DNA of 45,970 nt, from the NCBI GenBank assembly GCA_040081795.1, contig JBEBFV010000003.1:1-45970 (forward strand), in the 5' to 3' direction. Positions within the stretch are counted from its first letter, which is position 1. Each line of letters starts with the position of its first letter. The notes beneath the pieces were generated by a model. The model worked only from the letters and a program-made list of their open reading frames with translations. It made no database searches and was not told the DNA's origin. The stretch comes from Limisphaerales bacterium. GTDB lineage: Bacteria; Verrucomicrobiota; Verrucomicrobiia; Limisphaerales; SXTU01. Of this stretch, positions 36,986 through 45,970 are shown piece after piece. The translations under genes and the position numbers were made by a program.

Positions 36986-38533
36986 ATGAGCCGTAAAGAA
37001 CCAGAACCACCGAGCAATCGTTCGGCGGCCTACGTCCGGATGTCCACCGAACATCAGCAATACTCGACCAGCAACCAGATGGACGCGATCCGGGAATACG
37101 CCAAACGACGCGGCTTAGAGATTGTGAAGGAGTATTCGGACGCGGGAAAGAGCGGGTTGAGCATCCTGGGCCGCGACTCGCTGACGGAAATGTTCAAGGA
37201 TGTGCAGGCCGGCACGGCGGAGTTTTCCAGCATCCTCGTTTACGATGTCAGCCGCTGGGGCAGGTTCCAGGACGCCGACGAGAGCGCCTACTACGAATAC
37301 ATCTGCCGCCAAGCCGGGGTGTCGGTTCACTATTGCGCAGAGCAGTTTGAGAACGACGGCAGCCCGGTTTCCACCATCGTCAAGGGCGTGAAGCGCGCGA
37401 TGGCGGGCGAATACAGCCGCGAGTTGTCCACGAAGGTGTTTCAAGGCGCGTGTCGCCTGATCCAGCTCGGCTACAAGCAAGGCGGCGCGGCCGGGTTCGG
37501 ATTGCGACGGATGCTTATTGATCAGAGCGGCCAACCGAAGGTCGCCATGAAAATGGGCGAGCAAAAGAGCCTGCAAACCGACCGGGTCGTGCTGGTGCCG
37601 GGGCCGGACGAGGAGGTCCGCATCGTGCGGTGGATCTACGACGCATTCGTCAGGGATGGAAAGCTGGAATCGGCAATTGCGGCGGCGCTCAACGGCCAGG
37701 GAGTGCTCACCGACTTCGGCCGCGCCTGGACGCGGGGCACCGTCCACCAGTTGCTCACGAACGAGAAATACATCGGGAACAACGTGTATCATCGAACCTC
37801 GTTCAAACTAAAGAAGAAGCATGTCAACAATCCGCCGGAGAAGTGGATTCGCGCGGAACGGGCATTTCCTGGACTCATCGCGGTCGAAGTTTTCACCCGC
37901 GCGCAGGAAATCATTTTGGCGCGGAGCCAGCGGCTCACGGACGACGAGATGCTGGACAAACTCCGGGGAGTGTTGGGCACGCACAAGAGCCTGAGCGGCA
38001 TCCTGATTGATGAAACGGAGAATGTGCCCTCCAGCGCGGCGTTCCGGCACCGCTTCGGCAGCCTGGTGTCGGCCTACCGGCTCATTCACTACGACCCGGA
38101 GATTGATTACAGCTTCATCGAGATCAACCGCAAGCTGCGGCGGCAACACGGTGAGATCGTGAACTCCGTTATCCGGCAGATCGAGGCGCTGGGCGCAGAG
38201 GTGCGTCTGGACCCACAAACCGACCTGCTGCACCTCAACCGCGAACTGCGAGTGTCGGTGGTTCTTTGCCGCCATGTGACCACCGGTGTCGGCGCGTCAC
38301 GCTGGGTGATCCGGCTGGACGCCGGGCTCAAACCGGACATCACAATCGCGGTCCGCATGGACGCGACGAACGAGACGGCACGCGATTACTACCTGCTCCC
38401 GGGCGTGGACATGACCTGGGAGAACCTGCGCGTCGCGGAGGACAACGGCATTTACCTGGATGCCTATCGGTTTGAGACGCTGGACTTTTTCTACAGCATG
38501 GCAGAACGCATCAACCTGGAGGAGGCAGCATGA
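36986..38533 (+). CDS. Large serine recombinase
   Basis: AAYVRMSTEHQ (catalytic Ser), YSDAGKSG, YDVSRWGR, recombinase domain LLTNEKYIG. Start at ATG 36986. Confidence 0.95.
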   Translation: MSRKEPEPPSNRSAAYVRMSTEHQQYSTSNQMDAIREYAKRRGLEIVKEYSDAGKSGLSILGRDSLTEMFKDVQAGTAEFSSILVYDVSRWGRFQDADESAYYEYICRQAGVSVHYCAEQFENDGSPVSTIVKGVKRAMAGEYSRELSTKVFQGACRLIQLGYKQGGAAGFGLRRMLIDQSGQPKVAMKMGEQKSLQTDRVVLVPGPDEEVRIVRWIYDAFVRDGKLESAIAAALNGQGVLTDFGRAWTRGTVHQLLTNEKYIGNNVYHRTSFKLKKKHVNNPPEKWIRAERAFPGLIAVEVFTRAQEIILARSQRLTDDEMLDKLRGVLGTHKSLSGILIDETENVPSSAAFRHRFGSLVSAYRLIHYDPEIDYSFIEINRKLRRQHGEIVNSVIRQIEALGAEVRLDPQTDLLHLNRELRVSVVLCRHVTTGVGASRWVIRLDAGLKPDITIAVRMDATNETARDYYLLPGVDMTWENLRVAEDNGIYLDAYRFETLDFFYSMAERINLEEAA

Positions 38534-39417
38534 ACGATGAAGTGCAAATGATCCCGATCGACCGCATCCGCATCCTAAATCCGCGACACCGTGATCGGAA
38601 GCGATTCGCGGTCATCGTTCAAAGCATCAAGAACCTCGGGTTGAAGAAGCCGATTCAGGTGAGCCTGCGTGCGGAGTCGGAGGGGGAGGGACCGGGCTAC
38701 GATCTGGTCTGCGGCCAAGGGCGCATCGAGGCGTTCACAGCCCTCGGTCACAAAGAGATCCCAGCCATCATCGTCGAGATTTCAAAAGAGGAGCGGCTGC
38801 TTCGGAGCCTGGTTGAAAACATCGCCCGCCGTTACTCCTCGCCGGTGGATTTGATCCGGGAGATTGAGCGGCTGAAAGCCCTGCACTACACCGTTGCCGA
38901 CATCGCGATGAAATTGGATGTGAGCGAGAGCATGGTTAACGGGCTGATCGCGCTGAAGCGCGCCGGCGAGGAGCGGCTGCTTGAAGCGGCGCTTTCTGGG
39001 AAAGTGCCGCTTTGGGTGGCCATCGACATCGCGAAGACCGATACGGTTGAAATGCAGCGCGAACTGCTCAAGGCGTATGAATCCAAAGAGCTCAACCATG
39101 TATCCATCCGCACCGTGAAGCGGCTGATTGAACAGCGGCGACTGGCTGGCAAGAGCCGCGTTGGAGGAGGGAAGGCGCGGAAGGGCAAGACCAGCGCCGA
39201 GAGCCTGGTGAACGCGTATCGCCGGGAGACTCAGCGGCAGAAGCTGCTCGTGAAGAAGGCGAAGATTTGCGATGGCCGGCTCGTGTTTGTGGTCACGGCG
39301 TTCAACAAACTGCTCGGTGATGAGCATTTTGTGACGCTGCTGCGGGCCGAAGCGCTCGCCAAGATGCCGAAATATCTGTGGTCAAAGTTGGCAACCAAAA
39401 ACAAGGAGGCAGCATGA
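38530..39417 (+). CDS. ParB/RepB-like protein 1
   Basis: SIKNLGLKKPIQV, YDLVCGQGRIEA, SLVENIAR, followed by an HTH. ATGA overlap with the recombinase. Confidence 0.88.
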   Translation: MNDEVQMIPIDRIRILNPRHRDRKRFAVIVQSIKNLGLKKPIQVSLRAESEGEGPGYDLVCGQGRIEAFTALGHKEIPAIIVEISKEERLLRSLVENIARRYSSPVDLIREIERLKALHYTVADIAMKLDVSESMVNGLIALKRAGEERLLEAALSGKVPLWVAIDIAKTDTVEMQRELLKAYESKELNHVSIRTVKRLIEQRRLAGKSRVGGGKARKGKTSAESLVNAYRRETQRQKLLVKKAKICDGRLVFVVTAFNKLLGDEHFVTLLRAEALAKMPKYLWSKLATKNKEAA

Positions 39418-40289
39418 GCGAAATGAAGATTGGATTTGAGCTGAAAACCATCCAGGTGGCGCTCGACAAAATCATGCCGGTCAAGCAGATCAAGAATCCG
39501 CAGAAGAGTGTTGACCGTTACAAGATGATCCTCGCATCCATCAAGGAGGTCGGTTTGGTCGAGCCGCTGATCGTGTATCCCCAAAAGGACTCGCCCGGGA
39601 CGTTCGTGCTGCTGGACGGACACCTGCGACTTCTCGCACTCATTGAGCTGGGGCAGACCACGGTAGCCTGCATCATCGCGAGTGATGACGAGAGCTTCAC
39701 CTACAACGCGCGCGTCAGCCGGCTCCCGCCGATTCAGGAGCACAAAATGGTTGTCCGTGCCGTGCGTAACGGCGTGCAACCGGAGCGCATCGCCGCTGCC
39801 TTGGACATGCCGCTTCGCGTCGTGATTGCGCGAATACGGCTGCTCGATGGCATTCACGAAGAGGCCGCCGAGCTGCTGAAGGACAAGAACATTTGCCCCA
39901 AGGCAGTCCGGCTGCTGAAGCGGGTGACCGGCGTGCGCCAGATCGAAATCGCGGAGCTGATGGTCTCCGTGAACAACTATTTCGCCGGCTACGCCGAGGC
40001 GCTGGTCCTGGGCACGCCGAAGGAACAAATGGTCAAGGTGTCGGAGTCGAAGAAGAAGGAGGGACTGTCAGCGACCGAGATCGCCCGGATGGAGGAGGAG
40101 ATGGGGTCGCTGGAGCACGACCTGAAGGCAGTCGAAGAATCCTACGGCGAGAATGTGCTGAACCTGACGCTCGCGCGCGGCTACATCAAGAAACTCTTGG
40201 AAAACGTGAAGGTCGTCCGCTTCCTCAACGGGTATCACGCCGACATTCTGGCGGAGTTCGAGGCCATCGCGGCGGCGGAAGCGTTGTGA
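39414..40289 (+). CDS. ParB/RepB-like protein 2 (RepB C-terminal-like)
   Basis: SIKEVGLVEPL, LLDGHLRL, DDESFTYN, RQIEIAELM. ATGA overlap. Confidence 0.88.
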   Translation: MSEMKIGFELKTIQVALDKIMPVKQIKNPQKSVDRYKMILASIKEVGLVEPLIVYPQKDSPGTFVLLDGHLRLLALIELGQTTVACIIASDDESFTYNARVSRLPPIQEHKMVVRAVRNGVQPERIAAALDMPLRVVIARIRLLDGIHEEAAELLKDKNICPKAVRLLKRVTGVRQIEIAELMVSVNNYFAGYAEALVLGTPKEQMVKVSESKKKEGLSATEIARMEEEMGSLEHDLKAVEESYGENVLNLTLARGYIKKLLENVKVVRFLNGYHADILAEFEAIAAAEAL

Positions 40290-40310
40290 TTGCCTCTGGC
40301 AACGCGCGAT

Positions 40311-42359
40311 TCAATCGTTCATCGCCTTCAGCAGCGCGTCTCGGCCATCCGAATAGAACAGCACGTTTACCTTGGTCGCTAGCTCGTCGGGGAGTTCGAT
40401 CAGTTGCTTGCGCGCACTGATTGGCATCAACACGCTGGTCGCGCCCTTGTCGGCGGCAAGCTCGATGATGCCGATGGCGTTGTAGATCGGCTCGACTGAT
40501 CCCCCCAGATTCAGCCCGCCGACGATGGCGAGTCCGCCCTTGAGACTTTTTTGCAAGAGGGCCGAGCACAATCCCATCAACACTCCCACGCCCACGGACG
40601 TGCCATTCTTCGACGCGTCGAAGGCGCGCACCTGCACTGAGAACTCGTGCGCGCGCGGATCCTTGTCGCCCACGAGCATCTTCGCGCGGGTGTAGAGGTT
40701 TTGCTCCGCGCACCGCACGCTTTCTTTGAGCGGGGCCGGCAGTGGCTGGTTCAGTATTTTAACGCCGCTTCCCGGGCCTTCGGTAACGTCCACGCGGAAT
40801 AATCCGGGATTTTCCTCCGAGCCCCCGGGTGAGATGACCCACGCCTGCCCGGGTGGCAACGGGTCGTCGCCGATGCTGTCCTCACTGCGCAATTCCGCAG
40901 TGCAGACGAACTTCTCCACTCCGTCCCCAAGCTGGTAGCTGAAATGGGTGTTCCGAAACTCAGCCGACCCAATACGCTTTTGCTGTTCCTTGACCCGGCG
41001 CCGGCACTCCAGCGCCAGCCGCACAGCCCACTCCAGCGCGTCGTCCGGGACCGGAGCTTCCGGACTGGGGTAAAGCAGCTTGAGCAGTCCGCTCACGGTT
41101 TTCTGCACCGCCGTCGTGTCACGGCCGCTCAGGGCACCGCCGAAGTGGACGCGCGATTGCCACGAGGCCCCCCGGCTTTGCTTGCGAAGCTGATTCCAGC
41201 ACTCCGAAAGGAAATCGCTTACCAGCCCGAAATGATCCGTGAGCACGTCACGGCTGACCTTCGGCAAATCCCAGCCCGGCACATACGCGTGGATGCGGTC
41301 CATGAACGCGGTGTCGTCGCGCATCTCCGGCGGCAGTGGTCCCAGCAGGTGGCCGATGCGCTGCTGGTGCTGCACGTCCACGTCGAAATTGCCCACCATG
41401 ACCATGCCTCCGAATCCCCGGATGCTCTCCTTGCCCCGGCTGAATTCGCCGGACTCCATGTAGCCTTTCATGATGTTCACGCCGTCCTTCTGGTCGAACG
41501 TGATGCCGGACACCTCGTCGAAGCACACCACATCGTATTGGCAAACCAGACCCCGCTGACCGTTGCTGTTGTTGACGAACATCTTTGCCACCGTCGCCTT
41601 GCCGCCCGAGACGAGGTGGGCATACGGCGACACCTGTTGGAAGAGATGGCTTTTCCCGGTGCCGCGCGGCCCAAGCTCGACCACATTGAAATTCGTCTCC
41701 ACGAACGGCACCATGCGCAGCAAGAGCACATCCATCGCGCGACTGGAAAGCTTGTCCGGCTCCATGCCGGTGCTGCGCACCAGGAAGCGCTTCCATTCCT
41801 CCAGGCTCAACATTTCGCGGCCCCGGCAAAGCGTGGGCAAGACCTCGCGCTTGGAGAGCTGGATTTCGCGTATCGAGGCAATCCCGAACGGCCGGCCATC
41901 GTTCTCCTGCGCGATGATGGGATCGTAGGTCACCTCGACCTCTGCATAAAATCCGCCTGTGAGCATCCGCTCGTTCGCGTGAACCAGTTCGGAGGAGATC
42001 CGCACGTCTTTGATTTGCAAGCTGGGCAGTTGGGCCACGAACGAGTCCGTCGTCGCATCCAGCCGGGCGGTGAGAATGTCGATGATGCGAATCTGGCCGT
42101 GCTCCTTGGCCCTCGCCTTGAACAGCTCCTGTTCGCCGGCGCGCACGGTCTTTTCACCCAACTGCCGCTCCACGATTTTCAGCCCTTCCTGAATTTCCAG
42201 CTCGTCGGTGGAGGCGCAATAGCGTCCGAGCAGAAACTCAGCAACGTAGGTGGGCACGGGATACTGGCCCTTGAAACGGCGGACCAAATCCTTGCGCACG
42301 ACAAAGCCTTCAAAAGCCTTGGTCGCGAGTTGATCCAACGCGTCTAGTTCGATGCTCAT
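40311..42359 (-). CDS. brxL: BREX Lon-like AAA+ protein BrxL
   Basis: VPTYVAEFLLGRYC, VELGPRGTGKSH, CQYDVVCFDE, IMKGYMESGEFSRG, C-terminal Lon-like domain. Follows pglZ with a 4-bp overlap. Confidence 0.93.
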   Translation of the reverse strand: MSIELDALDQLATKAFEGFVVRKDLVRRFKGQYPVPTYVAEFLLGRYCASTDELEIQEGLKIVERQLGEKTVRAGEQELFKARAKEHGQIRIIDILTARLDATTDSFVAQLPSLQIKDVRISSELVHANERMLTGGFYAEVEVTYDPIIAQENDGRPFGIASIREIQLSKREVLPTLCRGREMLSLEEWKRFLVRSTGMEPDKLSSRAMDVLLLRMVPFVETNFNVVELGPRGTGKSHLFQQVSPYAHLVSGGKATVAKMFVNNSNGQRGLVCQYDVVCFDEVSGITFDQKDGVNIMKGYMESGEFSRGKESIRGFGGMVMVGNFDVDVQHQQRIGHLLGPLPPEMRDDTAFMDRIHAYVPGWDLPKVSRDVLTDHFGLVSDFLSECWNQLRKQSRGASWQSRVHFGGALSGRDTTAVQKTVSGLLKLLYPSPEAPVPDDALEWAVRLALECRRRVKEQQKRIGSAEFRNTHFSYQLGDGVEKFVCTAELRSEDSIGDDPLPPGQAWVISPGGSEENPGLFRVDVTEGPGSGVKILNQPLPAPLKESVRCAEQNLYTRAKMLVGDKDPRAHEFSVQVRAFDASKNGTSVGVGVLMGLCSALLQKSLKGGLAIVGGLNLGGSVEPIYNAIGIIELAADKGATSVLMPISARKQLIELPDELATKVNVLFYSDGRDALLKAMND

Positions 42360-44683
42360 GCTGTGCCTCCTATGGTTGTAAGTTGCGTGTGAAAAACCGT
42401 GCCGTCCGGCCGCAGGAGCACCGCCACCGCCGCGCTCCCTTCGGCGGAATCCTTGGCAAAAATCGAGACCGTGCCGTCGTTCCCAAAGGCTTTCGGGCCG
42501 GGCGTTTCACTCTCCTGCAATGAAGACTCCGCCGACGCCGGACGACTGCGAAGGTCTGCTGTCAGCCCTTTGGCGTTGCCCTCGACGGTGATGCGGCAGC
42601 GCAAACCGCTCCACTGCACCTTGGCGATGCGTGCGTCCTCGGGAGCCGCGCCGGTGGACCGCACCATCAATCGTGGCACCACCATCTCCTGCGCGGAAAT
42701 CCCACCGTGTCCGTAGGAGAGTCCCGCTTTGAAAGCAGCCACTCCGAACGGTGAGGCAACGCGAACGAGCGGGTTCCAGTGCCAGGGGCGAACCGGCAAC
42801 TCGGTGTGCGCCTGCTCGGTCATCATGGCGCAGCGACCCCATCGGTGCTCGGTCAGAAACTTTGGCATCTCAGCCTTCGGAAAATCACCTGGCAACGTCA
42901 GCCAGCCGTGGTCCGTGACCACTTCAATCTCCCGCCAGCCGTGCGCGAGCAATGACTGAATCAACGCCCTCAGCGCCGCGATTTCCTGACTCACCAAGGC
43001 GGCGAGCTTCCAACCCTCGTTGTGTCCGTGCTTGTCAATCGCGCCTGTCTCCAGCCAGCCCTTGCGAGTGGGGTCGCCCAACGAGCCGACGCGCAGCACC
43101 TGAATCTCCATGGCTCCCAGCGCCTCCTCGAATCGGTCCTGTGTCCAGAGCTTGGACTTGCCGTCGCCGGAAAAGGCCGTCGAGAATTCCGCATCGGGTG
43201 CCGCTCCCGTCAGGAGTTCGCGCACCGGCGAAACGAAGGGCTTGGCCGTGGGGGTGACAGACGGACAAACCGTCCAGTCCCATTGTAGGTCCGCAGCGCA
43301 CCCCGCGCGGTTCAGCTCGTCCTGAAGCTGGCGGGCCAAATCCATCCTCAGTCCATCCGCGAACAATACCACCCGGCCGGACGGACCATTCACGCAACTG
43401 CCGCGCGGGGTCAGCGGCGAACTGACAGACAAGTGCTGGAGATTTCGGGCCGACTCCTCCAGCCACGGGAAGTAAAGCGCCCGGACCACCGCGCTGATGG
43501 CCGATTCCTTTCCCGGCTCCCGCGCGAAGGCCATCGCGGCGATGGCGGCGGCATCCGTCCGCCAGCCGTCCTCGCAGTAGCGCTGGGCGAGCGCGTCCGC
43601 CGACTCGCCGGCGAGCGGGGAGGCAGTGCGTTGCGCCAGCTCGACGAGCGGCTCCAACGCCGCCGCCAGCGGTGAACGTCCGAGTTCGTTCCAGACCCAG
43701 CCGCGCCGCCGGGCGTGCTTCTGCTCCAACTGCTGCACCGCCTGCACGGCTGTCGCTCTTGGCTGGCCGGCCAGCGCGCGGAAGGCCGCTTCGAGTTCAC
43801 GTTCCGCCGCGTCGGTGTAGTGCGGCCACGGCTCCTCGTTGAAGGTCAACTGGCCGGTCGTGGTGGGCGTGATGCGTTCCAGCAGTTTGACCACGCCGGG
43901 GTATCGCTGCGGAGCCTCCGCGAAGCGCTGCCACACTTGCGGCCAGCCTGCTTCGCGGTGGCCCAGCAATTCCGCCGCCTTGAGTTCTCCGTCCTTGTCC
44001 GGACGGAACTGATACTCGCCCTGGCATTGTTCGCAGAACGCCTTCCACTCCGAGGCGCTGACCCGCTGGCGTTCCTGCTTCGGGTCGTTCATCCAGCCCA
44101 ACAGCTTGCGCGGCAGGTCCGGGGCGAGCAGCTCATTGAACTGTGGCGAGGCTAGCTTCTGACCGTGCAAGCCCTCCACCCGTTCCTCCAGCAACACCGG
44201 CAGCGCGCGGCGCAACGCCTCGTCCGTGGCCTCGTCCCGCGCCACGTCCAGCCCCAGTCCGCCCTCCTGCGAAACGAGGAACGCATACGGCGTCCAGTCG
44301 CGGCCGTTGACGTGCGCCCAGACCGCGCCGCGAAACTGCAGCTCCACGAGCGGCAGCCATTCAGCGGGACAATCCTCCGCCGCGCGCAAGTCCTGCCGGC
44401 TGACGCGCGGCAGGTAGAAGATGGGAATGGTTCCGGCGGGTGGGCGGACCTCCACCGTGCGCGCCTCCACGCACCGCAGCCACACCGCCGGGCCGGTTCG
44501 CTGGTCCGGCTGAAATGGCCCGAGGATGAACAGCTCCGGCACTGCGTCGCGCACGGCGGCAATCGCTTCGGCCCATTGCGCCTCCGGGTCCGGCCAGAGG
44601 ATGGCGCACGGGGGCACCTGGTCACCCTTGGTGTAGTGTCCCATCCGCCTCAGCTCGGCGACCAATGCCTCCTTCACCGTCAC
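42356..44683 (-). CDS. pglZ: BREX PglZ (alkaline-phosphatase-superfamily) protein
   Basis: ILWPD...RTGPAVWLRC N-terminus, DGLRMD, PSVTPTAK, IDKHGH, VTDHGW, HGGISAQE. GTG start 44683. Confidence 0.92.
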   Translation of the reverse strand: MTVKEALVAELRRMGHYTKGDQVPPCAILWPDPEAQWAEAIAAVRDAVPELFILGPFQPDQRTGPAVWLRCVEARTVEVRPPAGTIPIFYLPRVSRQDLRAAEDCPAEWLPLVELQFRGAVWAHVNGRDWTPYAFLVSQEGGLGLDVARDEATDEALRRALPVLLEERVEGLHGQKLASPQFNELLAPDLPRKLLGWMNDPKQERQRVSASEWKAFCEQCQGEYQFRPDKDGELKAAELLGHREAGWPQVWQRFAEAPQRYPGVVKLLERITPTTTGQLTFNEEPWPHYTDAAERELEAAFRALAGQPRATAVQAVQQLEQKHARRRGWVWNELGRSPLAAALEPLVELAQRTASPLAGESADALAQRYCEDGWRTDAAAIAAMAFAREPGKESAISAVVRALYFPWLEESARNLQHLSVSSPLTPRGSCVNGPSGRVVLFADGLRMDLARQLQDELNRAGCAADLQWDWTVCPSVTPTAKPFVSPVRELLTGAAPDAEFSTAFSGDGKSKLWTQDRFEEALGAMEIQVLRVGSLGDPTRKGWLETGAIDKHGHNEGWKLAALVSQEIAALRALIQSLLAHGWREIEVVTDHGWLTLPGDFPKAEMPKFLTEHRWGRCAMMTEQAHTELPVRPWHWNPLVRVASPFGVAAFKAGLSYGHGGISAQEMVVPRLMVRSTGAAPEDARIAKVQWSGLRCRITVEGNAKGLTADLRSRPASAESSLQESETPGPKAFGNDGTVSIFAKDSAEGSAAVAVLLRPDGTVFHTQLTTIGGTA

Positions 44684-44750
44684 GCGCGCCCTCCTGTCCG
44701 GACGACGCACCGCCGCCAAGCGCCGTCCGCTTCGGCCTCGCGTCCGGCTT

Positions 44751-44833
44751 TGGACAAATCTATGGACAAACGCTGTCCTTCTTTGTCCATAGAACTCCCT
44801 GCAAGCACGGCCTGCGCAGTCCGCGTATGGACA
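44751..44833. repeat. Cluster of TGGACA motifs including a perfect 12-bp inverted repeat
   Basis: tctatggacaaa (44759-44770) / tttgtccataga (44782-44793), plus direct copies at 44751 and 44826. Confidence 0.6.
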
Positions 44834-44836
44834 GGA

Positions 44837-45928
44837 TTATCCATTCGCCCCTCCGGTTTTGTCTTTGGCCGATTGCAGCCGCGCACGCGCCAGCCGCACC
44901 GCCTCGTGGAGTTTTCGCTCCAATTGTTTCTTCGGCAGAACCTCCGTCCAGTAGGACGAGACGCGGATGCCGCTTTGCTCCATGTCCAGCAGCTCCACCG
45001 TCTCGTGCATCTTCCCGGCGCACAGAATCAGCCCGATGGGCTTCTCCTCGTCCGGCTTGCGCTCGTGGCGGTCCAGCCACTTCAGGTAAAGCTCCATCTG
45101 CCCTTTGTCGCCGGCCTTGAACTCCTCCAGCTTTAAGTCAATCGCCACCAGCCGCCGCAGATGCCGGTGGTAAAACAGCAGGTCCAGGTAATGGTCCTTG
45201 TGGTCAATCTGCATCCGCTTTTGCCGCGCCATGAAGCAGAAGCCCACGCCGAGTTCCAGAATGAACGCCTCAATCTCCCGCAGAATCGCGGCCTCCAAAT
45301 CCTTCTCCGCGTAGGTGTCCTTCAGGCCGAGGAAATCCAGCACATACGGGTCACGGAAGACGAGGTCCGGCGTCAGCTTGTCCTCTTCGCGCAGTTGCTT
45401 CAGCTCCATCGCCATCAGCTTGGCCGGCTTCCTCGACAGCGCTGTCCGCTCGAACAGCATCCCGCCAATCTTCTTTTCGAGCGTGCGCGTGCTCCATCGT
45501 TCGATGCGGCACATCTCCGCGTAGAAGTCGCGTTTCAGCGGGTCGGCAATCGGAATGATGCTCTTGAAGTGAGTCCATCCCAATTGTCGCCGCAGTGCGG
45601 CGACAATCTCCTTATCAGGGAAAACCTCCGCAAACTGCACCATCCTGCGGAGATTTTTGTCCGCGTAGCCCCGGCCAAACTCCCGTTCCAATTGTCGTGA
45701 CAACGTCACGACAATCTCCGCCCCATACTCCGCGCGCTTCTCTTTCAGGATGTCCTGCCGGATACGCCGCCCGACTTCCCAGTAGTGGAGCGCGAGGGTG
45801 GCGTCCACCGTTCGCGCGACACCTTCGCGCGCCTTCAGAATCATCTCCCGCACGTCCGTCAGCAGCCCCTTCGTGCCGGGCTTGGCCGGTGGGGGCGATG
45901 TCTTCACGACTGCCAGTTTGCGTTTCAT
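44837..45928 (-). CDS. DUF1016/YhcG-family PD-(D/E)xK nuclease-like protein
   Basis: YWEVGRRI, RAEYG, NLRRMVQFA, LGWTHF, RDPYVLDFLGL, ELGVGFCF, DLLFYHR-LRRLVAIDLK, GQMELYL, PIGLILC. Confidence 0.93.
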   Translation of the reverse strand: MKRKLAVVKTSPPPAKPGTKGLLTDVREMILKAREGVARTVDATLALHYWEVGRRIRQDILKEKRAEYGAEIVVTLSRQLEREFGRGYADKNLRRMVQFAEVFPDKEIVAALRRQLGWTHFKSIIPIADPLKRDFYAEMCRIERWSTRTLEKKIGGMLFERTALSRKPAKLMAMELKQLREEDKLTPDLVFRDPYVLDFLGLKDTYAEKDLEAAILREIEAFILELGVGFCFMARQKRMQIDHKDHYLDLLFYHRHLRRLVAIDLKLEEFKAGDKGQMELYLKWLDRHERKPDEEKPIGLILCAGKMHETVELLDMEQSGIRVSSYWTEVLPKKQLERKLHEAVRLARARLQSAKDKTGGANG

Positions 45929-45969
45929 GCGTTGGGACCTTTCGGGGCAATTGTCTCCGCAATGCGGAG
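45925..45969 (-). CDS. 3' end of an upstream gene (partial, runs off the window)
   Basis: Frame ...LRIAETIAPKGPNA* ends in an ATGA overlap with the DUF1016 start. Confidence 0.4.
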   Translation of the reverse strand, partial: LRIAETIAPKGPNA

Positions 45970-45970
45970 A

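Larger units (their letters stand above)
33202..45970. mobile_element. Second integrative/defence element abutting the 5' side of tRNA-Phe; distal end outside the window
   Basis: Integrase starts ~90 bp from the tRNA 5' end, tandem tgtcacc motifs at 33259 and 33272, recombinase-ParB module and BREX cargo. Second att not visible. Confidence 0.65.

Noticed and set aside
6900-45970. Prophage or self-transmissible ICE
   Set aside because: No recognisable capsid, terminase, tail, VirB4/VirD4 or other T4SS genes in the window.

Overview
GC-rich bacterial DNA, most likely Verrucomicrobiota (inferred from the integrase families, the RCC1/Ig surface protein and the sulfatase/ceramidase-like genes). 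Positions 1-6830 are ordinary chromosomal genes: efflux adaptor, TolC, ACT protein, pirin, ceramidase-like hydrolase and sulfatase. A ~26-kb genomic island (6900-33156) is integrated at the 3' end of tRNA-Phe(GAA), bounded by a perfect 31-bp direct repeat with matching arm-like motifs inside both ends. It carries two convergent paralogous tyrosine integrases, a pair of ~185-bp inverted conserved non-coding leaders, a surface protein, a third tyrosine recombinase, an NLR-like STAND-TPR protein and an HUH rolling-circle Rep. Its most notable content is a type I restriction-modification operon with a three-gene CBASS cassette (NucC, CD-NTase, stand-alone E2) inserted between hsdS and hsdR, with overlapping gene junctions. 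This is the slot PrrC occupies in EcoprrI. A second element begins on the 5' side of the same tRNA (integrase, large serine recombinase plus two ParB/RepB-like genes, and the brxL-pglZ end of a BREX system with a DUF1016 gene) and runs off the window. All protein assignments are from motif recognition by eye; no database searches were run.
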